From Candidatus Doudnabacteria bacterium RIFCSPHIGHO2_02_FULL_42_25 (GTDB taxonomy: Bacteria > Patescibacteriota > Doudnabacteria > UBA920 > O2-02-FULL-48-8): a stretch of DNA of 64,000 nt. Location of the stretch: NCBI GenBank assembly GCA_001777665.1, contig MFEQ01000006.1:278300-342299 (forward strand), in the 5' to 3' direction. Position 1 is the first letter of the stretch. The number at the start of each line of letters is the position of its first letter. Below the pieces are notes generated by a model. The model was given only the letters and a program-made list of their open reading frames with translations, had not been told where the DNA came from and made no database searches. The translations under genes were made by a program, and so were the position numbers. Shown one piece after another: positions 1 to 7,205 of the stretch.

Positions 1-130
1 TTGCGGTTGAAGCGTCGCAGTAAACTTTCAAACGACTCGTTGTCTTTTCTTTTGACTTCTACCAAACTAAACCACCCCTTTCTAGTGTAAGATGGGGTGA
101 GTATAACATAAATTAGCGAATTTGCCAAGG

Positions 131-1411
131 TTATCGGCCTAGGCGTTTCTTTACTTCCTCGATAATTCGCTCATAAGTAAACAATTCCTGCATACCTGAA
201 CGGACATCTCGCAGGATCACCGTGCCTTCCCGGGCCTCTTTTTGACCGATGATTAAAGCAATTGCGACTTTGTTCGATTCGGCTAATTTCAGCTGAGTTT
301 TAATTGACCCGGGACCTATGAATTCCGAAGCCACGATATTATGATTCCAAAGCTCTGTGAACAAACGCAGAGTTTTTTTGGCAGCAAGGTCACCGAGAGG
401 GACCAAAAACACATCAACTTTATTTTTTGTGGAAAATTTTAGGTTCGCCGCTTCCAGTGCTGATAAAATTTTATCAAGCGTGGTTGAAAATCCTAATGCG
501 GGTGTCGGTAACCCACCCAAGCCCTGAATTAAATCATCCGCATGGCCGCCACTTCCGAGCAACCACTCCCCAGCTTCGGTCCGCATGCGGATTTCAAACA
601 CAGTGCGCTTTGACCACGGCTTGCCAATGACTTTTTGGTTAAGATTATAAGCAAGGCCTAATTCATCCAATCCTTCCAATACCCCTATAAAATGTCGACG
701 GCAATTTTCACAAAGAAAATCTATAATCACTGGGGCTTCTGAAGCAACCGTCGAACAAGACAGATTGGTACAAGCCAAAATCTGGAGCAGGCGGTTATTT
801 TCGAAATCATCCAAACTCTCCTCGCACAAATCGTATTTTTTATCTTTAAAATAATTTCGGAGCTGGTCTTGGTACGCCGGTTGGCACTCGATACAGCCAA
901 TGTTGTTGATTTCCAAACTTAAATTCGGCATCCCGAGTTCAGAAAACAATTTCAGGAGCAAATTAATCAGCTGCGCATCAGCAATCGGTGCGGTTTGACC
1001 AAAAATCTGAAACCCAAATTCCATGGTTTGCTTCGTCTCACCTGCACTATTCATCCAGGCCACTGGGGAATGGTAAAACCATTTGCTGACTTTTTCGCGA
1101 TCAGCGAAATGATATTCCAGATAACACCGAGCCAACCCGAAAATATTGGTCGGCTTCACCGCAATCAAGGTGTTTTTTTGGTCAGTAAAAGTTAAAAGCT
1201 GGTCTGTTCCCTGTGACCAGAAGCTATAAAGCCTGGCATCTTCCATGATCGGAGTCTCGATTTTACTAAAACCAAAGGTATGGGACAAAGTTTGAAGCTT
1301 TTCCAAACAGACATCCCAAGAAACCAGATGTTCTGGCAACAAATCCATGGCTCCCGGTAGTCTAGGTGGAGCTTTTTCAACCGTTGGAGTTAGTTTTTTT
1401 GGTCTTCCCAT
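131..1411 (-). CDS. hisS: histidyl-tRNA synthetase (class II aaRS)
   Basis: 426 aa. HisRS motifs are visible in the translation, including the class II core and the C-terminal anticodon-binding region (…GETKQTMEFGFQIFG…). Confidence 0.85.
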   Translation of the reverse strand: MGRPKKLTPTVEKAPPRLPGAMDLLPEHLVSWDVCLEKLQTLSHTFGFSKIETPIMEDARLYSFWSQGTDQLLTFTDQKNTLIAVKPTNIFGLARCYLEYHFADREKVSKWFYHSPVAWMNSAGETKQTMEFGFQIFGQTAPIADAQLINLLLKLFSELGMPNLSLEINNIGCIECQPAYQDQLRNYFKDKKYDLCEESLDDFENNRLLQILACTNLSCSTVASEAPVIIDFLCENCRRHFIGVLEGLDELGLAYNLNQKVIGKPWSKRTVFEIRMRTEAGEWLLGSGGHADDLIQGLGGLPTPALGFSTTLDKILSALEAANLKFSTKNKVDVFLVPLGDLAAKKTLRLFTELWNHNIVASEFIGPGSIKTQLKLAESNKVAIALIIGQKEAREGTVILRDVRSGMQELFTYERIIEEVKKRLGR

Positions 1412-1449
1412 GTATTCGTGATCCTTGTTACGTGATCCGTGTTACGGGA

Positions 1450-2136
1450 TTAAAAATTATATGCTGGTCTGGAAGTAAAAAATTTAAATTCAGTTAATGG
1501 CAGGGCTCGGACAAAGACTTTTCCGATGATATCTTTTTCCGGTAAAACGCCCCAGTCCCTAGAATCTGAAGATGCAAGCCTGTTATCGCCCATTACAAAG
1601 TATTCGCCAGCTCCAAGAGTTAGAATCTTACTCCCACCGAGTAATACTGTATCTTGCTCATAAGTCATGCTTTGGTTGGGTAGATATTTTTCATCGAGTG
1701 CAACTCCGTCGGGGTGTTCATCGTTATAAATGATTACCTTGCCATTCTGCAACTGAAGTTTTTCACCAGGTAAGACGATTATTCGCTTGATAAAAAATTG
1801 GTTTTCGTCTTTCGGGTAACGCATAACGATGACATCACCGCGTTTGGGGTCTCCAAAGTTGTAGGATAATTCATCTATAATCAAATACTCACCATCTTGG
1901 AAATTCGGGACCATGGACGATCCAGAGACGATAAAGGGCTGGAATACAAAATAACGAATCGGGATAATAATTACAAGGGCAACCAATACAATTTTCAGAA
2001 AATCCCAAATTAATAAGGCTGTGGCAGTAAAACCACCAAAGAAATTTCGATTTTTAGATGTTTTTTCTGTTTGATTGTCTGAATTTTGTTGAGTTGTCAT
2101 AAATTTATCTGGTGGATCCGGATGGATTTGAACCAT
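1450..2136 (-). CDS. lepB: signal peptidase I (S26 family)
   Basis: N-terminal TM segment, an 'SGSSMVPNF' Ser box, the 'GDNRLASSDSRDWG' box and 'IIGKVFVRALP' are all present in the translation. Confidence 0.85.
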   Translation of the reverse strand: MVQIHPDPPDKFMTTQQNSDNQTEKTSKNRNFFGGFTATALLIWDFLKIVLVALVIIIPIRYFVFQPFIVSGSSMVPNFQDGEYLIIDELSYNFGDPKRGDVIVMRYPKDENQFFIKRIIVLPGEKLQLQNGKVIIYNDEHPDGVALDEKYLPNQSMTYEQDTVLLGGSKILTLGAGEYFVMGDNRLASSDSRDWGVLPEKDIIGKVFVRALPLTEFKFFTSRPAYNF

Positions 2137-2164
2137 CGGCCTTTTGGATGTGAACCGAACGCTC

Positions 2165-2289
2165 CCCGCCTGCCACGCCTAATTAAATTTCTTGGTGGAC
2201 GATAGTGGATTCGAACCACTGACCTCGTCGATGTGAACGACGCACTCTAACCAGCTGAGCTAATCGTCCAAGATGGCATGGCGGGCAGG
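2165..2289 (-). repeat. palindromic-element arms CCTGCCCGCCATGCC / GGCGTGGCAGGCGGG flanking a complete tRNA-Val, inserted in the D-loop of the outer tRNA
   Basis: Read on the minus strand, the arms are the same 15-nt pair found in-frame in topA, uvrA and uvrC. Here the 'loop' between them is a whole tRNA gene. Confidence 0.7.
2194..2269 (-). tRNA. tRNA-Val (anticodon CAC)
   Basis: 76-nt cloverleaf GGACGAT-TA-GCTCAGCTGGTTAGAGT-G-CGTCG-TTCACAT-CGACG-AGGTC-AGTGG-TTCGAAT-CCACT-ATCGTCC-A. CCA follows in the genomic sequence. Confidence 0.85.
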
Positions 2290-2314
2290 TAACCCCTGAG
2301 CTACGGATCCAAAC

Positions 2315-2554
2315 TTAGATGCGTCCTTTTAAAAATCTTCGGCCAAAACCGGTTTTAAAATACTTTTCTCGTTTAATAGCATTCTCTTTGCTCAAACAGG
2401 CCTCGTAATATACTAATTCAAACGGGATTCTAGCCTTTGTTGCTTCGACTAAACCTTTATTATGCTTATCTACTCGTTCTTGCAAATCAACAGTCCAGCC
2501 TATATAAAGCTTTAAATCTTTAAGACTTTTTAGTACATAAGTATAGTAAAACAT
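2315..2554 (-). CDS. GIY-YIG nuclease family protein
   Basis: 79 aa. The 'YVLKS…LYIGWTVDLQERVDKHNKG' block is the GIY-YIG catalytic motif. The gene lies directly beside the IR-flanked tRNA insertion. Confidence 0.75.
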   Translation of the reverse strand: MFYYTYVLKSLKDLKLYIGWTVDLQERVDKHNKGLVEATKARIPFELVYYEACLSKENAIKREKYFKTGFGRRFLKGRI

Positions 2555-2567
2555 AACGCTCTAACCA

Positions 2568-2634
2568 GCTGCCCGCCCGCCATCGCAAGCCTGACACTTA
2601 CGCTTTATAACTTGCTCAGGCGTTGCGGGCGGGA
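2568..2634. repeat. intergenic GC-rich palindromic element, long variant, copy A
   Basis: CTGCCCGCCCGCC…GCAAGCC…GGCTTGC-like…GCGGGCGGG. It shares terminal arms with the 51-bp in-frame elements. Confidence 0.7.
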
Positions 2635-2704
2635 GCTAACCGCCCACTGCATTGATTTAACGACTAGTCTTTACAGCTTAGCAGAGACCCCGCATTGAGA
2701 TCAA

Positions 2705-2766
2705 CCTGCCCGCCTTCGCAAGCCTGACACAAATGCTTAAGGCTTGCTCAGAGCGTTGCAGGCGGG
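2705..2766. repeat. intergenic GC-rich palindromic element, long variant, copy B
   Basis: CCTGCCCGCCTTCGCAAGCCTGACAC…GGCTTGCTCAGAGCGTTGCAGGCGGG. It has nested inverted repeats and the same terminal arms as the in-frame copies. Confidence 0.7.
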
Positions 2767-2808
2767 TACTGATTTCGAGTATAATTACAAAGCGAATGTA
2801 AAAAACTG

Positions 2809-4299
2809 ATGAACTATATGAACGACTTTCCTGAACTTCAACAACAATACGCCCCCTCACACCCCAAACGCCATCGTCGTCGATGGAAATGGGTGGTTTT
2901 AATTCTGATCATTCTCGGGATAGCAGGAGGGGTCGCTTTCAAATACCTAACTCAAGCAAATCAAATTTTTACGGGCGACAAAAATATCTTTGCCCGGATC
3001 GGAAATTTGCTCCTAAGCCCGGATAAGGAATTGATTGGAGAGTCGAATGGTCAAATCAATATTCTTTTGATGGGAATCGGAGGCCCCGGACACGAGGGAG
3101 CGCTTCTCACTGACACCATGCTCGTTGCGAACATCAATATACAGACCAACGAAGTGGTGCTCACCAATATTCCTCGAGACTTTATGGTGGATCTCCCGAA
3201 ATATCGGTTACAAAAAATTAATGCAGCTTATGCGTATGCCGAGCGAGATAATCCTGGGACTGGAGGAGAAGCTGCAATCGATGAAATCGAAGCCGTAACT
3301 GGACTTGAGATCCCCTACTACGCTGTGATTGACTTCAAAGGGTTTGTGAAAGGAGTGGATGATGTGGGCGGGCTGGATATTACGATTGACCGCACCTTTA
3401 CTGATGCTTTCTATCCTGATTACAAAAATGGTTATCTCGCCCCAGTGACTTTTACTAAAGGGCCGGAACACATGAATGGCGAACGGGCCTTGATTTTTGC
3501 CCGTTCCAGAAAAGGTAATAATAATGAAGGCTCGGATTTTGCCCGCAGCGAACGACAGAAAAAAATTCTGGTCGCCTTCAAAGAAAAAGTTTTTGCTTTA
3601 AAATTAAATGACCTCAAAACATTAAATAATCTCCTCGGGGCTTTTACTGATAACTTTCGAACTAATATGGAACCTCATGAGCTAAAAAGGCTCACCGATC
3701 TGGGTAGTAAAATCCAAGAACAATCAGTCTATTCATTTTCGCTCGAACCTGATGGGGAATTAGTTTGCTCGGCTCTAATTGATTTAGCCACTGGGAAGCC
3801 ACCAGTGCCGATCGCTGTCCCGCCAACGCCTACACCTCCGCCAGCTGGCGGACCAACTCCAACCCCCAGCCCGTCTCCATCGCCAACGCCTACACCTGAA
3901 GAAGAACCAGAACTAGACAACCCATCGACGACAGCCTACGTCGTCATCCCGTGTGTGGGCAAAACTCTAGCTGACATCCATACCCATCTCAAAGATTCTA
4001 TTTATTTCGCCAAACTCAAAAAAGAATCAGCAATTGTTGAGATACAAAATTCTACAGGCAAAACTGGATTGGCTAACTCACTTTTCGGCACCCTGACCAA
4101 CCTCGGGTTTGAGATTAAATTCACTTCTTTCACGGGTAAAGTCCCGCTCGAGCAGTCAATTATCTATGACAACTCCCATGGGGGCAAGCCCAACACGCTA
4201 GAATATTTAAATTCAAATTATAAGCTAACTATCTCCGACGTTAACTACACCGGCTCTACAGCTGATTTTGTGATAATATTAGGGAAGGATGCTCTCTAA
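2809..4299 (+). CDS. LytR-CpsA-Psr (LCP) family cell-envelope transferase with Pro/Thr-rich linker and C-terminal domain
   Basis: N-terminal TM segment, then an LCP core (GQINILLMGIGG…LTDTMLVANI…IPRD…INAAYA…). A PT-rich linker contains an in-frame PPAGG palindrome. Confidence 0.8.
   Translation: MNYMNDFPELQQQYAPSHPKRHRRRWKWVVLILIILGIAGGVAFKYLTQANQIFTGDKNIFARIGNLLLSPDKELIGESNGQINILLMGIGGPGHEGALLTDTMLVANINIQTNEVVLTNIPRDFMVDLPKYRLQKINAAYAYAERDNPGTGGEAAIDEIEAVTGLEIPYYAVIDFKGFVKGVDDVGGLDITIDRTFTDAFYPDYKNGYLAPVTFTKGPEHMNGERALIFARSRKGNNNEGSDFARSERQKKILVAFKEKVFALKLNDLKTLNNLLGAFTDNFRTNMEPHELKRLTDLGSKIQEQSVYSFSLEPDGELVCSALIDLATGKPPVPIAVPPTPTPPPAGGPTPTPSPSPSPTPTPEEEPELDNPSTTAYVVIPCVGKTLADIHTHLKDSIYFAKLKKESAIVEIQNSTGKTGLANSLFGTLTNLGFEIKFTSFTGKVPLEQSIIYDNSHGGKPNTLEYLNSNYKLTISDVNYTGSTADFVIILGKDAL
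3838..3851. repeat. 14-bp perfect palindrome CCGCCAGCTGGCGG, in-frame, encoding PPAGG
   Basis: Exact palindrome containing a PvuII site, located inside the LCP linker. Confidence 0.8.
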
Positions 4300-5629
4300 T
4301 ATTCATATGAAAACTCCACTGGTCGCGATTATAGGCCTACCGAATTCAGGTAAGTCGACATTATTTAATAAAATTCTGGGACGAAGGGCGGCTTTAACTT
4401 ACCCTGAAGCTGGGACGACCAGGGATCGCGCCTATGGCCTTTCTGATTGGAATGGCCTTTCTTTTATTTTAATTGATACTGCTGGTATCGACATTCGAGC
4501 GAATTCTGATCTTGAAAAAAATGTTCAAAAGCAAACCCAGATCGCGAAAGACGAAGCAGATCTAATTTTACTCCTCGTCGATGGCAAAACTCCGCTTGGT
4601 TCCAAAGATCTCCAGGTTGGGGCTGATCTTAATCGCTCCGGTAAAGTCATAGTGTTAGCGGCGAATAAAATAGATGCCCGCAATACAAAAATTGAAGCAC
4701 TAGCCTCTGAATATCAAAAATTAGGATTGGGAGATCCCCTCCTTGTGTCCGCAGTCAACGGCACTGGAGTCGGAGATTTACTCGACCAAGTTGTCGAAAA
4801 ACTAAAAGCCGCTGGATTTGGCCTTCAAACAGATGACAATTCTGGGATCCGAGTCGCTTTTGTCGGCAAACCAAATGTCGGGAAATCTTCACTGATCAAT
4901 GCTCTGATCAAACAAGAACGGCTCCTCGTCCATGACCAAGCAGGAACTACGCGCTCAGTAGTCGAAATCCCATTTACACACGAAGGCCAAGATTTTATTT
5001 TGCTGGATACTGCAGGAATCAAAAAGAAATGGCAGCAGGATTCTGATGTCGCAGCTGCTGCAGCTTTTCAATCCATTCGGACTATTACTCAAACCGATGT
5101 GGTATTTTTCGTCATTGATGCGACCACTGAAATCACCACCCAAGACCAGTCCATCTCCTCGGATATTCTCGACGCCGGTAAAGCTGTGGTTTTGATTTTG
5201 AATAAAATTGATAAATTATCCAAAGAAAACCAAAATAAGTTTGTCGATAATCTCCCAAACTATCTCCCCCAAATGTGGTATGTACCTGTGATTTTTACAT
5301 CAGCCACTGCTGGTACAGGTATGGATCTTTTGTTAAAATTTGCTAAGGATGTGCTGGATACTTCCAAGAAACAGATAGATCAAACCGAACTTGATGATTT
5401 CTTACAAAAAATTCTGGCTGAAAATATGCCTGGTAAAATGGAAGACCAAAGAGAGCCAAAAATTTTCTCTCTCAGGCAAATCGGCATTCTCCCCCCAACT
5501 TTCAAACTGACTGTAAACTTCCCAGCGGCTATTGCCGAAAGCTGGAAACGCTGGTTTGAAAAACAGTTTCGCTTGAAATTTGGCTACGAAGGCACCCCAG
5601 TATTAATGCGTTACTTTAGAAAAGTATGA
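4289..5629 (+). CDS. der: ribosome-associated GTPase Der/EngA (tandem GTPase domains plus KH-like domain)
   Basis: Two G1 P-loop motifs are present (GLPNSGKSTLFN and GKPNVGKSSLINAL), each followed by DTAG. Confidence 0.9.
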   Translation: MLSNIHMKTPLVAIIGLPNSGKSTLFNKILGRRAALTYPEAGTTRDRAYGLSDWNGLSFILIDTAGIDIRANSDLEKNVQKQTQIAKDEADLILLLVDGKTPLGSKDLQVGADLNRSGKVIVLAANKIDARNTKIEALASEYQKLGLGDPLLVSAVNGTGVGDLLDQVVEKLKAAGFGLQTDDNSGIRVAFVGKPNVGKSSLINALIKQERLLVHDQAGTTRSVVEIPFTHEGQDFILLDTAGIKKKWQQDSDVAAAAAFQSIRTITQTDVVFFVIDATTEITTQDQSISSDILDAGKAVVLILNKIDKLSKENQNKFVDNLPNYLPQMWYVPVIFTSATAGTGMDLLLKFAKDVLDTSKKQIDQTELDDFLQKILAENMPGKMEDQREPKIFSLRQIGILPPTFKLTVNFPAAIAESWKRWFEKQFRLKFGYEGTPVLMRYFRKV

Positions 5630-6180
5630 CTATCATCATCGGCCTCGGCAATCCAGGGAAGCAATACGAAAACACCCGACACAGCTTCGGGTTTCGGGTT
5701 TTGGATTTTCTAGTCGGGCGCCGTAGCCTTGGCGAAGGCGGCTGGGATGAAAAATATTCTAGTAAATTTATCAAGCTTGAAGATGTAATTTTGGCCAAAC
5801 CGCAAACTTTCATGAATAAAAGCGGTGAAGCAGTAAAAGAAATTTTAAAATACTACGATAATGCACAACTGATTGTTATCCATGACGAATTAGATTTGCC
5901 ACTGGGTAGCATTCGAGTCCAAAAAGATATTTCTGCTGCTGGGCACAATGGCGTACAATCAATTATCGATGAGTTGGGAACCAAAGATTTTATCCGAATC
6001 AGACTCGGTATCGATAATCCTCAAACGCGCGGCCAAATTCCTGGTGATGATTTTGTTTTACAAAAGTTCACTGAACAAGAAGAACAAATCGTCAACGAAG
6101 TTTTAGAAATAACCAAAACGGCTATCGAAACCTTGCAGACTGAAGGCTTTGATATGGCCCAGTCAAAATTTAACGGCTAG
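5626..6180 (+). CDS. pth: peptidyl-tRNA hydrolase
   Basis: The N-terminus IIGLGNPGKQYENTRHSFGF and an H…D catalytic motif are present. The start overlaps the der stop, indicating an operon. Confidence 0.9.
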   Translation: MTIIIGLGNPGKQYENTRHSFGFRVLDFLVGRRSLGEGGWDEKYSSKFIKLEDVILAKPQTFMNKSGEAVKEILKYYDNAQLIVIHDELDLPLGSIRVQKDISAAGHNGVQSIIDELGTKDFIRIRLGIDNPQTRGQIPGDDFVLQKFTEQEEQIVNEVLEITKTAIETLQTEGFDMAQSKFNG

Positions 6181-6196
6181 CTTATTTATCAAAGCA

Positions 6197-6226
6197 AAAG
6201 GCCAGCTCCTTGCGGGGCTGGCCTTT
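6197..6226 (+). terminator. rho-independent terminator after pth
   Basis: 10-bp stem AAAGGCCAGC/GCTGGCCTTT followed by a T-rich tail. Confidence 0.6.
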
Positions 6227-6239
6227 CAAATTCTTTCGA

Positions 6240-6860
6240 GCTAGACGGCGACTTACATCGCCGGCGGGTAGTACGGCCGACCGTTGACGAGGCGTTGCGG
6301 CACTTTTTTTTGTGTCGCTACATCGCGCCGACCGTCAGTATTGTTCTTTTCACGTTGGTTGCGTCGGTAGAGCACATCCGACGCGCTACCATTGGGACGG
6401 ACAGCTTTGTCCTCCCGACTACTGGACATGTTGTTGCTCACTCGATCCTCCGAAACGACGACGATAAGGTTAAGAACGTAGCCCCTCTGGGATCGGGACC
6501 GATTCTTTCATGCCTGTCTGGGGGCAGGCGAGGTTGGGGGTCTTACGAGGCTAGGAGTTGCTTCCTTCCGGTCGCACCATGTCGAGGTCGAAGAATGTCC
6601 TTGCTGCATCCAGTGACGTGGTTCTGGTTGTCACTGGTGCCAGCTGATCATCCACCGCGATGCCGGTGAAGATACGCTGCGCCATGGGCGGTATCCCAAG
6701 ATAAACCGGGGTTTCCGCTTTGCGAACAAGCCTTGGTGGACCTAAGTTTTCTTTCATCCCCAGACTCCGATATTCAATTGTCCTATTGTTCTAGTCGACG
6801 TACCACCCAACATGGGTAGTTTCGCGCTCGCTTTCCCTCCTTAGGGTTTGCGATCTTTAG
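6240..6860. other. GC-rich (~55%) non-coding block, probably structured RNA gene(s) of untyped class
   Basis: ~620 bp with no credible ORF; the six-frame ORFs here are R/C-rich nonsense. GC content is well above the ~40% background. It contains many local hairpins and a CCGGAAGGAAGCA 13-mer on the minus strand. Confidence 0.4.
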
Positions 6861-6910
6861 TTCAAAAAAATTTTGAAACAAAAACCGAAAACCCAATTCC
6901 ATATATCCCA

Positions 6911-7018
6911 GAAGCGAGGTACTTGGTAAAATTAACTCGCGCAGGACGACGGTCCGAGCGCGTAGGCCAAAAATTCAGCAGAATTTTATGGCCGGTAATT
7001 TTACCAACGTACCGAGCG
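6911..7018 (+). ncRNA. ~110-nt conserved structured element, copy 1, upstream of dprA
   Basis: AAGCGAGG…GTAAAATTA.CTCGCGCAGGACGACGGTCCGAGCGCGTAGGCCAAAAATTCAGCAGAATTTTATGGCCGGTAATTTTAC…CCGAGC. Compensatory changes are seen relative to copies 2 and 3. Confidence 0.55.
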
Positions 7019-7205
7019 TAATATTCTTGACCCCACCTCCGAGTGTTGGACTAGTCCGGAAAACCGTACCGGCCCAAACTTGAGGTTACTAGGAAACAAT
7101 AGGAGGGATGCTGCTTCCATTCACCACTCATGAGGTAGGATGAAGAATACTACTGGTTGTATTGTTAATGATACGAATATATAATAATAGCACAAAATCA
7201 CCCTC

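Larger units (their letters stand above)
2110..2310 (-). tRNA. tRNA-Val-like gene (anticodon CAC) split in the D-loop by a 125-bp insertion
   Basis: The 5' half is GGATCCGTAGCTCAGGGGTTA (2290-2310, minus strand). The 3' half, GAGCGTTCGGTTCACATCCAAAAGGCCGATGGTTCAAATCCATCCGGATCCACCA (2110-2164), completes a canonical cloverleaf. The acceptor stem is 7 bp, the D-stem is GCTC/GAGC, the anticodon loop is TTCACAT, and T-arm and CCA are present. The two halves are separated by the insertion at 2165-2289. Confidence 0.5.

Noticed and set aside
6213-6260. GGGGCTG…TTCGAG…GACGG on the plus strand, resembling a tmRNA 5' end
   Set aside because: No matching 3' acceptor strand (CAGCCCC-ACCA), T-arm or plausible tag reading frame was found. 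The GGGGCTGGCC is better explained as the 3' arm of the pth terminator hairpin.
6540-6600. CCGGAAGGAAGCA on the minus strand, resembling the conserved SRP (4.5S) RNA domain IV motif
   Set aside because: Only the 13-mer matches. The flanking sequence does not form the extended helix 8 or helix 5 pairing expected of ffs, so I report only a generic GC-rich RNA candidate region.
6295-6669. 124-aa ORF (and antisense ORFs) inside the GC-rich block
   Set aside because: The composition is Arg/Cys/Pro-rich, there is no RBS, and no domain is recognisable. It is most likely an artefact of high GC in a non-coding region.
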